Shown here: one piece after another, positions 17,817 through 26,522 of the stretch
Numbering within the stretch: position 1 is the first letter of the stretch
Layout: each line of letters opens with the position of its first letter
IMG/VR virus record: IMGVR_UViG_3300013307_000018
Location: 144,312 to 185,970 of that record
Origin: a virus
Taxonomy: Duplodnaviria > Heunggongvirae > Uroviricota > Caudoviricetes
Reading direction: 5' to 3' (one strand)
DNA: 41,659 nucleotides
Notes under the pieces: model-generated
The model's database searches: none
Seen by the model: the letters and a program-made list of their open reading frames with translations, nothing else
Told to the model about the DNA's origin: nothing
Translations under genes and position numbers: made by a program

Positions 17817-19964
17817 TTATACAAGGCCTGTTACGGGGGTTTTATACACTGAACCCACACTGACGTAATCAGAAAGCTGAGTAACCCCAGCGACACACCC
17901 CTGGGTGGTGTCCGCATTCACCCAGTCCACCGAGGAGTCCGACAGCAGTGCTTTAAAGTCCCCTGCAAAGCTGCCAGTTAACCCCACGGTATTCTGGAAC
18001 ACCGCTGAAATATCCCGCAGACTCGCCCGGGACTGCATCGCCCGGAACACGCTGCCGATGTTGCCCGTGAGCCCGGTCGATGCAAAGGTCGCCCGCATAA
18101 CCGCAAGATTGACCGTGGTGGCGAACAACCCGGCCGGTAACTGGGTGAGTTGACCACAGCGATGGAACAAGTGCGCAACATTGACAAGCTTGGGTGTCTG
18201 ACTGAACAGTTCAGCAGGAACACTGGTGATTAGCGTCCCGGAAAATGCCCCAGCCACTGAGACCAGTTTTGCGAGGGTTGCGAACAACCTACCTGGGATG
18301 GCGGTGATACCAGTATTGGCAAACACCCAATCCAGACTGGAAACATTCACCGGTCCATCGAGGATGGTGTCCGGTAAGGTCGTGATACCCGTACACCCAT
18401 ACCACACACCGTTAGCTGATTGTAAACGCAGCAATGGCGATAACAACCCTGGGGGGATCTCTTTGAGTTTGGTACAGTGACTGAAAATGTAGTCGATGGA
18501 CAGCAAACGCCGTACCGGTGCAAACAGCACCGTGGGGGTGGTGAGTATCCCGGTGTCCGCAAAGGTGTACTGAGCATACTCCAGGTTCGGACAGTTTTGA
18601 AACAGACCCGGTGGCACGCTTTTCACTAACCCACAGCCCTGAAACAACCGGTCAACGTTCACTAAGTCCGCCAGTCCTGTTAACAACCCCGGTGGGATGG
18701 TATCCAGGTTCCGACACTGAGAGAACATGCCTGCAATCGATTTAAGGCGTGTGTTAGCCTGTAGGAAGCCTTGTGACACAACACTGACCCAACCACAGCC
18801 CGCGAACAGATAACTCGCGTCAGTGAGCTTGGGGAGCGTTACAAGCAGGGTTGCTGGGATAGCGTGCGTCACCGCCTGCGTGTTAGCAAAACACCGGTGC
18901 AGGGTCTCCAATGCCGTGGTGGTACGGAACACCCCCACTGGAATTTGCGTCAATGCCGTGCAGTGCTCAAAGGCCATATCCAGACGACGCAACCGACTGC
19001 ATGATTCAAACAGGTTTTCAGGTAACCGGGTGATGGCCGTGTTACGAAACACCGCAGTGGCGGTTTGTAATTGTGAACACGGTGAAAACAACCGGTCAGG
19101 CAAAGTAGTCAACCCCACACACCCATCAAACATGTAATCCGCTGAGACCAACCCTGGACACAGAGCAAAGCAGTCAGGGTCGATAACCGTCAGGGTTTTA
19201 ATCCCACTGAAATACCCGGTACCGTCCACACTGCCCCGGTACTGGGTCAGTCGGGTGATGGGGATATACCGTCCGGCATTGTCCACAACCCGCACGATGC
19301 CGCCTCGTACCCGAATAGCCCGGGCACCGACCGCTAACGATTGGGGAAAGCGGTGAGCCAGTTGTTTGGTGCGTTTGTTCAGTGTGGCGGTCAGAGTAAC
19401 CCAGGCATCGCCGTCTACCGAACCTTCCAGTGTCACCGGCGTATCGGTGTACGCCACCACGGGGGTGAGGTCATCAGCACTGACAGCAAACCCGTACGCC
19501 ATGCCATCTTTGACCTGCAACCCTGCATCGTGAGTATAGCTGACGTTGGCACTGCCGATATACAGCGGCGAGACCGCATCATTAATCTGTACGGTGGCCA
19601 CACCGCTACGGGGTAAGGTTGCCTCGGCATTGAGCAGTTCGCTGTCCAGGACATCTAACCCGTGACGGGTACGCAATATCGCCACCAGGTCTTTCACGGT
19701 AACGATGCTGCGGTCTTCAATGAGTTCCGGGACTTGCCAGTACTGGGCAATATCAATCCGGTCATAGTGGACGGTGGAGCTACCCACATACCGGACGATG
19801 TCACCAGTGTCGAGAGCATACATCGTGGCCTGGGTGTTGCGAGTACCTCGGGGTGTGGCAGTGATGTCATCCAAATCGATGTTATCGGTACTGAGTGGCA
19901 ACGGGAGTGTCGGGTTAGCGGCCCGTGCCAGTGCCAGGACTTTGTTAATACGGTCGGTATTCAT
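17817..19964 (-). CDS. Fibre-family N-terminal domain fused to BspA/TpLRR-type leucine-rich repeats (putative adhesin)
   Basis: ATG at 19964 with GAGG SD. N-terminal family domain (NTQATM..VHYDRIDI..HGLDV..SPLYIG), then many ~24-26-aa repeats FxxCxxLxxIPxxLF. Confidence 0.8.
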   Translation of the reverse strand: MNTDRINKVLALARAANPTLPLPLSTDNIDLDDITATPRGTRNTQATMYALDTGDIVRYVGSSTVHYDRIDIAQYWQVPELIEDRSIVTVKDLVAILRTRHGLDVLDSELLNAEATLPRSGVATVQINDAVSPLYIGSANVSYTHDAGLQVKDGMAYGFAVSADDLTPVVAYTDTPVTLEGSVDGDAWVTLTATLNKRTKQLAHRFPQSLAVGARAIRVRGGIVRVVDNAGRYIPITRLTQYRGSVDGTGYFSGIKTLTVIDPDCFALCPGLVSADYMFDGCVGLTTLPDRLFSPCSQLQTATAVFRNTAITRLPENLFESCSRLRRLDMAFEHCTALTQIPVGVFRTTTALETLHRCFANTQAVTHAIPATLLVTLPKLTDASYLFAGCGWVSVVSQGFLQANTRLKSIAGMFSQCRNLDTIPPGLLTGLADLVNVDRLFQGCGLVKSVPPGLFQNCPNLEYAQYTFADTGILTTPTVLFAPVRRLLSIDYIFSHCTKLKEIPPGLLSPLLRLQSANGVWYGCTGITTLPDTILDGPVNVSSLDWVFANTGITAIPGRLFATLAKLVSVAGAFSGTLITSVPAELFSQTPKLVNVAHLFHRCGQLTQLPAGLFATTVNLAVMRATFASTGLTGNIGSVFRAMQSRASLRDISAVFQNTVGLTGSFAGDFKALLSDSSVDWVNADTTQGCVAGVTQLSDYVSVGSVYKTPVTGLV

Positions 19965-19979
19965 GGACATCCTCTTAAT

Positions 19980-20007
19980 GGCATAAATGGGAGGCACTGC
20001 CTCCCAT
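19980..20007 (-). terminator. Hairpin after tmk
   Basis: ATGGGAGGC-ACT-GCCTCCCAT, followed on the minus strand by TTATGCC. Confidence 0.6.
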
Positions 20008-20018
20008 GATATTCGTTG

Positions 20019-20705
20019 TTATGCAGACAGGTGTTTCACCACCGCCATGTCGGAATCAGACAGGGTTGGGTCGAGTACGTGTTCAACTTCCATCATGACC
20101 GCAGTCATGACTTCTTCAAACGGTTTGTTCGCATCAATGATAGCGACGTTGTCATTACCACTGGTGGCCCACTGACGGTAAGCTTCACCCACGCGGGCAA
20201 AGAACTCCGGTCCACGACTATCGATGTTATCTGCCACTGGGCGAGCAGTACGCATACGGGCGGTTGCCACCTGTGGGTCGATATCCAGATACACATACAA
20301 ATCCGGCATCGGGACACCGTCCAGGAACTCTTTAATCAACGCCTGGACTTTCTCCACACGTTGTGCACCGTAACCCTGATACATCAGCGATGAAATCCAG
20401 TTACGGTCAGACACCACAATCGCCCCACGTTGCAACGCCGGGAGAATCACGTTGTGATACAACTGCACGCGTGCCGCGAAGAACATCAGGATTTCAGAGT
20501 CGATGTGGGTGTTCTCACCTTCTACACCGTAGACCACGAGGTCACGCAGTTTTTCGGCAATCGGTGTACCACCCGCTTCGCGACAATAAACAACCTGACG
20601 GTCAGGGTATAACGCTTCAATGCGTTTGCCCATCTCCGTACGGACCGTAGTTTTACCGGACCCGTCACGCCCTTCAACCACTAACCACTTCCCTTCAAAC
20701 AACAT
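20019..20705 (-). CDS. tmk: Thymidylate (dTMP) kinase
   Basis: P-loop VVEGRDGSGKTT, plus REAGGT, LMFFAAR, VVSDRNWISSLMYQG and PDLYVYLD. Confidence 0.95.
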   Translation of the reverse strand: MLFEGKWLVVEGRDGSGKTTVRTEMGKRIEALYPDRQVVYCREAGGTPIAEKLRDLVVYGVEGENTHIDSEILMFFAARVQLYHNVILPALQRGAIVVSDRNWISSLMYQGYGAQRVEKVQALIKEFLDGVPMPDLYVYLDIDPQVATARMRTARPVADNIDSRGPEFFARVGEAYRQWATSGNDNVAIIDANKPFEEVMTAVMMEVEHVLDPTLSDSDMAVVKHLSA

Positions 20706-21321
20706 ACTCACCTCGGACTTTCAGCGCTTTAGACATCCCGATGGCAATGGAATCCGAGCTGTGCTCATCCAAATCCTGCGGGTCTACATGCCATATGAGT
20801 CCGGGGTAATTTACTACACATTGTTTCACACCTTCTTTGTCCCCGCCTTTACCGCCTTTGTGTCCCACCGCCTTTTTGGCTTCCGATGGCCCAATGAGTT
20901 CCAGTACCATAAATCGATTGTAATCGAAGATGGCCCCTTTAATCATTTCCAGACCCACGGTTAACGAGGCAAAGGCATTGGCAAATTTCTTTTTCAAGAA
21001 AGCGGATTCAGCAATGATGGAATGCGGTTGAAACTCATGCATCATGCGCGTGAGCATTTGTCGGTGACAAAACATGCGAGAGAACATTGACCCATGCAGG
21101 TCTTCGTACCCGTTTGGTAAATAGCGCAGTTGACGACTGGCGTGGTGCGTGCTGGAGTACTCGATGGTGATGTCTCCGTTACGCAAATCAACCGTTAATA
21201 AGGATAACCCCAGAGTATCACTCCCGGGGTCAATGCTCATAATCCGGTATTGTGACCCGTAGTCACTAGATGCCAGTTGTGCGAACTGCTGCAAAGGAGG
21301 AACTTGCGGTTGCACTGACAT
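20695..21321 (-). CDS. ruvC: RuvC-like Holliday junction resolvase
   Basis: IMSIDPGSDTLG, IIAESAF, PSEAKKAVGHKG..DKE.V and DEHSSDSIAIG supply the RuvC catalytic D/E/D/D residues. ATG at 21321 with GGAGG SD. Confidence 0.85.
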   Translation of the reverse strand: MSVQPQVPPLQQFAQLASSDYGSQYRIMSIDPGSDTLGLSLLTVDLRNGDITIEYSSTHHASRQLRYLPNGYEDLHGSMFSRMFCHRQMLTRMMHEFQPHSIIAESAFLKKKFANAFASLTVGLEMIKGAIFDYNRFMVLELIGPSEAKKAVGHKGGKGGDKEGVKQCVVNYPGLIWHVDPQDLDEHSSDSIAIGMSKALKVRGEYVV

Positions 21322-22162
21322 TACCCTCCGCAGCCAATGGTTCGGTGAAACCAATGTCCACAGTAAATTCAAAGCCCTGATTCGCAAACCCGATGGCGTA
21401 GTACGCGGTGATGTGGGTGTAGATTTGCGTCATCAACACTTCGGTGAAAGAAACCTTACCGGCCGGGGTATCAACCTGAACTGGCTTGTCAATCCCGGTG
21501 GTCATCATGATTTCAGAAATCACAGCCTCGTTCTCATCACCATAGAGAATCTTCGCCACCTTCATCAGTTCAGCCGCATCGAACTGCGTGAACTGAATGT
21601 TAACCGGAGCTGAGGACATCACGAACTCACCGTCGGTGGTGGTGATGCTGACCGGGTCGATAGTCGGTTTGGCGGGATTGAGGTTGGACTCATTCGGTGT
21701 CAGGGCGGTGACCGTACTGGTACCGTCGGCAATCACCACGTGCTGCATGGTGACTTTGGAGTCGGTTAAATCCAAACGCTTGAGGTAATAGGCGTAATAC
21801 GTTTTTCCGTCATGCACTTCAGTACGACGCAGACCGTAGTTTTTACGGAGAGTGGCACTGAGGTCATCGGAAGGCAGGCGCAACACAAATGGAATTTGGT
21901 TGAAAGCTGCGAAGTCGGTTGGGCGGTGTTGTACAGGCGTCACATACGGACGACCATTACTGCCGGAAGTAAAGTTGTGACCGTTATCCCCGATAGCCCA
22001 ATATTTCATGGTCGGAGTCACCGTCGCATCATCACCTGTTACACCCGACTGAATACCCAATTTTTCATTCAGGGTTGTGTAAGGCACAAGTTCGTGCTTC
22101 AACCCCAAAAGCTTTGCCGTGAGTAAGGCAGATGCCAACACGGTACGTTGAATCGATTTCAT
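21266..22162 (-). CDS. Virion structural (baseplate-type) protein
   Basis: 298-aa ORF with TLNEKLGI, KYWAIG..GH, PFVLR..DDL and YYAYYLKRL motifs recalled from conserved phiKZ-like structural proteins. Confidence 0.65.
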   Translation of the reverse strand: MKSIQRTVLASALLTAKLLGLKHELVPYTTLNEKLGIQSGVTGDDATVTPTMKYWAIGDNGHNFTSGSNGRPYVTPVQHRPTDFAAFNQIPFVLRLPSDDLSATLRKNYGLRRTEVHDGKTYYAYYLKRLDLTDSKVTMQHVVIADGTSTVTALTPNESNLNPAKPTIDPVSITTTDGEFVMSSAPVNIQFTQFDAAELMKVAKILYGDENEAVISEIMMTTGIDKPVQVDTPAGKVSFTEVLMTQIYTHITAYYAIGFANQGFEFTVDIGFTEPLAAEGNVSATASSSFAAVRTTGI

Positions 22163-22305
22163 GAAAGTTTATCCTTGAAACATATCCGGGAGAAAGGGTC
22201 GCGGTGCCTATACGATAACCATATATTAATCAGCCCTTGTGATAAAAAACCCTGGTGTAAAAAAAGTGACGGTAGACATCACTTTAATAAAAAACCACTG
22301 CAATA

Positions 22306-22773
22306 CTATTTAACGATGTTAAATGTTGCAGAACCTGTTAACAGTAAGTTCTTCGAGGATGCGGCAAGCATTACGGTACGCATGGGCAACAACCCGAGTA
22401 ACCCGGTTGAGGTCAATGAATCCGTAATATCGGCTGCGACCAACTGGGTTTTTAACCACTGGTTGATACGCGGCAACAACGCACCTGTTGAACCCGGAAC
22501 CGTACTCAGTTCCGCGCCCCAGGCCACTTTACCGTCTGGCATACGCATCTTGAGGAACTCTGTTACAGTGCGGCGGTTGTAATAGATGTTGATGGTTCCT
22601 AAAACCGTGGGGTTTATCGGAGTCAACGTCACCACCGTATTTTTTCCATTGAGTGTGGTCGTGCTTGGATTCCCAAAAGTGTAAAAATCTCGATAGTTTG
22701 AGAATTTTGGATTCTTCGCTATGATGAGGTCTTTTACCACATTTAGCGGAGTTTGATTCCAGTTCTGTGCCAC
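22306..22773 (-). CDS. Single-domain fibre paralog-family protein
   Basis: GTG start with GGAGG SD. KNTVVTL..INIYYNRR..LLPRINQ..NLLLTGSATF. Ends without the linker motif or second domain. Confidence 0.7.
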   Translation of the reverse strand: MAQNWNQTPLNVVKDLIIAKNPKFSNYRDFYTFGNPSTTTLNGKNTVVTLTPINPTVLGTINIYYNRRTVTEFLKMRMPDGKVAWGAELSTVPGSTGALLPRINQWLKTQLVAADITDSLTSTGLLGLLPMRTVMLAASSKNLLLTGSATFNIVK

Positions 22774-22823
22774 GGCTAACCTCCATAAAGAGCAGCAGGA
22801 TCATAACCCCTGCAAACAATAAG

Positions 22824-22863
22824 CAGCATAAAGGGAAGCTTTCGCCTCCCTGGGGGTTATGCC
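22824..22863 (-). terminator. Hairpin with GCATAA/TTATGC flanks
   Basis: Minus strand GGCATAA..GGGAGGC-GAAA-GCTTCCC-TTTATGCTG. Confidence 0.6.
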
Positions 22864-23294
22864 TTGGTAAAGCGCAGGGTAAAAGAGCCGGTGATATACA
22901 GTGATGCGGGGTTCGCTGTCATCACCACATTGGCGTTGACGGCGTTCGGTGGCAGGGTCGCACTCAACACATCGGTCGGGGTGAGTGTGGTGCCGTACAT
23001 TGCATTGAGGATAGGAATCAAATCCCGGGTGGTCTGGGCATCGGGGTTGCGAATCACCACCGGGATAGCATAGAACAACCGGTCTAAACGAATGCGGCGC
23101 CAGCCAATCAGAATCGAATCCGTGAACCCGCTGTCCGGTAACGGACGCAGGGTCGCCTGGGTGTTAATCGTATCTTTGTCTGCCCCCAATACTTTCACCG
23201 CTTCCAGCACCACGTTCTCAACACTCAACGGTTTCTCAAGGGTGGTGGCATTCAACTGGGTGAAGCGGGCCAGAATGGTATCCAGGTTACTCAT
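22857..23294 (-). CDS. Single-domain fibre paralog-family protein
   Basis: NTQATL..WRRIRLDRLF..LNAMYGTTL..SLYITGSFTL. ATGA overlap with the upstream gene. Confidence 0.72.
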   Translation of the reverse strand: MSNLDTILARFTQLNATTLEKPLSVENVVLEAVKVLGADKDTINTQATLRPLPDSGFTDSILIGWRRIRLDRLFYAIPVVIRNPDAQTTRDLIPILNAMYGTTLTPTDVLSATLPPNAVNANVVMTANPASLYITGSFTLRFTKA

Positions 23295-24202
23295 GACAAC
23301 CCTACCTTACCAATGTCTTTGTTTACGAGAGACGCATCCAAATCCAGCGACGGGTCAGAGAAATGCAGCACGAGATAGCCGAACACGTCGGTACACAACA
23401 CCGCATCCAACACCACCACCACGATACGGTCAACGTTCAGTCGGTGGGTGAATTCCGCGAGCGGTCGACCCGCATAGAGAATCTGCAGGTTACCGCCAGG
23501 CTCAGCCAGATTGCGCACCGTCGGGGTGGTACTGACTCCCCACTGGTTTGCGGCAGGCAAGACCCCGTTGATAACACTCACCAGTGCTTGCGTGGTGGTA
23601 GGGTCAGTGACCCCGGCCTTGACCCCTTTTAACATCGGCCAATACGTATCAAAGTCATACGGTCGTAAATAGAGCGGACCTTGTGCTTTGGCGGACTGGG
23701 CTGTGGGGTAGTCAAAGACCGGGTCGAGCACCGTTTGCAATGCCGTGGTCAACGATTGACTGAATGCTTTAACCTCCACCGACAACGCCCCTACCCAGGC
23801 CAGCGAACTGTCCCGCATCTGAACGGTCACGGTGAGGGGTAAGGTGTTGGGATTGAAATACCGGACCTCGATATCCTCTTCCTCAAACACCGTCCCATAA
23901 AGCGCATTCACGGCTTGCATCACCGCCCAGGTATCGGACTCCCCATCCCAGGCAATCTCCACATTACATCGCGCAAAGACTTGAGCAATGTCCAGTCGTC
24001 GGTAACGTACCGTGACTTTGCCTGATACGCCTTCTTCATCGACGCCCACCACGTCCAGGGCCGTGTTACGTACGTCATTGGTTTTGCTGTCGGGTCTGAG
24101 GTTCGTCAGCACCACGTCATTGGGATTAAAGAACGTACCATTATCCCGGTTGATGAGGTTGTACACCAATGTCCGGGACGGGTAGATATACGGATGAGTC
24201 AT
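23291..24202 (-). CDS. Virion fibre paralog-family protein
   Basis: RYRRLDIAQVF, VNALYG, SLAWVG, linker LTTALQTVLDPVFDYP, KAQGPL and GYLVLHF. Extra tail LDASLVNKDIGKVGL. Confidence 0.78.
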   Translation of the reverse strand: MTHPYIYPSRTLVYNLINRDNGTFFNPNDVVLTNLRPDSKTNDVRNTALDVVGVDEEGVSGKVTVRYRRLDIAQVFARCNVEIAWDGESDTWAVMQAVNALYGTVFEEEDIEVRYFNPNTLPLTVTVQMRDSSLAWVGALSVEVKAFSQSLTTALQTVLDPVFDYPTAQSAKAQGPLYLRPYDFDTYWPMLKGVKAGVTDPTTTQALVSVINGVLPAANQWGVSTTPTVRNLAEPGGNLQILYAGRPLAEFTHRLNVDRIVVVVLDAVLCTDVFGYLVLHFSDPSLDLDASLVNKDIGKVGLS

Positions 24203-24217
24203 GTACTCAGTCTCCGG

Positions 24218-26485
24218 TTAGGTAGTTAGTTGTTGACTGACCGGTGGGAACACCGTGGGGTAATACAGTCCATTGAGGCCACGTACCACGATGACTTGTG
24301 CCAGCGGAATGCCTGACGGTTCTTGTTCCGGTAACGGGTCGATTTCATAAAACTCCAGCCCGTTCAGGTCGGTGACCGTTAACCGGTCAGCCAGTCCGTG
24401 TGTGCGGAACATCACCCCGGGGAGCGGTTGACGCAAGGCCGAATAGAGATAGCCGTTATGGCGAACCTGCATGTCCGGCACGACGTCCACGGCTTCACGT
24501 CCTTTAATCACAATCCAGGCCGACGTATCGGTCACACCCCCGACCAAATCCACAGCTTGGGATGCTTTTAACCGCATCCGGTCACGCAAGACCTCTGGAC
24601 CCGGGTGAGGAATGTGGTCAGACGCCAGCAGTTTGGTCTGGTCATCCCCCATGCGGATGTACCCATCGTTAATGGCTTTGACTTGCCCACTGTTGATGGT
24701 CTGAATCCACTGGGTTGAGTACGAGGACATCTGCGACATGAACTTAATCATCGCCCCTTGAATCTCAGCCAGGGATTTCACATCCGTTAAGTCCTGTCCG
24801 GTTGCCACCTTCAGGATTTCAGCACACAGTGTTGAGCTGTCTAAATCGTCGAGCTCCACCACGTACCAACCCCGGGCTTTGAAATAGTCTTCAAAGCGGG
24901 AGTGGTCGTTATCCAGCACACAGTTCACCCAGCCGTAGCAGCGTGTTACTGCTGCTTCACATTGTCCCCGTGCCACGTAGTTCTCGTGGGTGGTGTACAT
25001 GTAGTACTGATTAATGGCGGCGGTGTGGATGGCGTTGGTGGTGTTGAGGAAAGCTTCGGTTGAAAGCATCACCCCGACATCGGCATTCGACTCCAGAATC
25101 CACTGCAGTTCCTGGTCACTGACGTAAGCCGGTAAGGTTTGGTCTCGCAGGTCATAGAACGATGGCAGCGGCGTTAACCGAACCCGATTGGCCACCACAT
25201 CCGGAATGGTGTCCATCACCACCCCGTAGGTGCGGTTCACGGTATAGAGCCAGACCACAAACGCTTCCAGTGCCGACATGGACATCAGTGCCCCGGTGTA
25301 GGGGTTGGTGACCTGTATCTTTGCCCGGTAGTAGTTGTGGGTGGCTTTATGTACCCATTCGTTCAACGCAATCTCGGCCGACGGGTACACATCCGATGCA
25401 CTGGAGTCAATGACTGACGACTCCAGGATTTTGGTTGGCAGGATGTTGTTGGCTGAGACCTCCATGCGGTCGGTGATATCCACGGTATCCACATCGATAT
25501 CGTTGAGGTTATCGCGGGCTAACCGCGCTTCCCGACTCAGCATGTTCTGCACGGTATGGGTGGCTTTGCCGCCGGTGAGTTTATCCCGGTCGTTACGGGA
25601 AATGCGCTGCAAGGCAATCGCCGGGTACAGTGACTCACCGGTTTCGAACTCGGTGATGTCGTGAATCATTTTGTACCAGGCAACCGGCAACCCACGCTCA
25701 CTCATCACGTTTTCAATCAACGTGGTCTGGTTTGCTACCCGTCCGGCATTCATCTGCAAATACTTGACGTTACGGTACAACCACAGCGCTTGTTTGGTGG
25801 TGAAGAAATTGCGGTACTCGCCGAGGTTGCCGTTGGACTCTAAATATTCCCAGATGTGGTAAGAATGCGCAAACTCCGTTTTGCAATTCCCTAACCGCAG
25901 GGTCATGATAATCCCGGGCAGGTGTGCCAGATACCCACCCACCGTCGCCGGTCGATAGAGGTCGTCCACGACATCAAACGCGGGCGAGGCCCACCGACTG
26001 AACCAGGCATGGGTCCAGTCCTGTAACCGGGGAATCAGATTGACTTCCGTGGGTTCCACCAAATCGGCTTCATAGCCCAGAATAGTATTGTCCGGGGCTT
26101 TGATGGCTCGGGTCAGGTCGACCGGATTCAGAATACCGCGAATCAACAGTTCCTGCGTTGGGTATCGTTTGACTAACTCCTCGTAGTAAACACTACCAAA
26201 GGCATAGGCTTTCCGGGTTGCCCGGTTATCCTGTAGGGCCGCCGTGGTAAAGGAAATCGTTTCCAGACTGTCGAGTGATGTAACGGACATCATAGTGTCC
26301 GTAGAATGATACGCCCCAGATATATTTTTATAGTAGCGCCATGTGGTCGGGTCATCCGACACGGCATACCCTCTTTCCGTGAGATCGTTGTTCATCGCTT
26401 CAGCTGTAGCAACGTTCTTCACTACCAATGTCTTGGCGAGTTTGATGACGTCTGATACGTAAAGCCCATAAAGTGTATTGGACAC
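24218..26485 (-). CDS. Large virion structural protein, baseplate wedge-like (phiKZ gp128-like by position)
   Basis: GTG at 26485 with GGAGG SD; divergent from the portal gene. Motifs WRYYKNISGAYH, LIRGILNP, HSYHIWEYL and QALWLYRN. The C-terminus has two docking-like motifs. Confidence 0.7.
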   Translation of the reverse strand: MSNTLYGLYVSDVIKLAKTLVVKNVATAEAMNNDLTERGYAVSDDPTTWRYYKNISGAYHSTDTMMSVTSLDSLETISFTTAALQDNRATRKAYAFGSVYYEELVKRYPTQELLIRGILNPVDLTRAIKAPDNTILGYEADLVEPTEVNLIPRLQDWTHAWFSRWASPAFDVVDDLYRPATVGGYLAHLPGIIMTLRLGNCKTEFAHSYHIWEYLESNGNLGEYRNFFTTKQALWLYRNVKYLQMNAGRVANQTTLIENVMSERGLPVAWYKMIHDITEFETGESLYPAIALQRISRNDRDKLTGGKATHTVQNMLSREARLARDNLNDIDVDTVDITDRMEVSANNILPTKILESSVIDSSASDVYPSAEIALNEWVHKATHNYYRAKIQVTNPYTGALMSMSALEAFVVWLYTVNRTYGVVMDTIPDVVANRVRLTPLPSFYDLRDQTLPAYVSDQELQWILESNADVGVMLSTEAFLNTTNAIHTAAINQYYMYTTHENYVARGQCEAAVTRCYGWVNCVLDNDHSRFEDYFKARGWYVVELDDLDSSTLCAEILKVATGQDLTDVKSLAEIQGAMIKFMSQMSSYSTQWIQTINSGQVKAINDGYIRMGDDQTKLLASDHIPHPGPEVLRDRMRLKASQAVDLVGGVTDTSAWIVIKGREAVDVVPDMQVRHNGYLYSALRQPLPGVMFRTHGLADRLTVTDLNGLEFYEIDPLPEQEPSGIPLAQVIVVRGLNGLYYPTVFPPVSQQLTT

Positions 26486-26522
26486 GTAAATCCCTCCGCT
26501 CGACCTAAGGAGCTTTCCTAAA

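Noticed and set aside
8082-19964. Diversity-generating retroelement or invertible shufflon acting on fibre tips
   Set aside because: I saw no reverse transcriptase or recombinase, no near-identical TR/VR pair and no inverted crossover sites. The paralogs are similar only at protein level.
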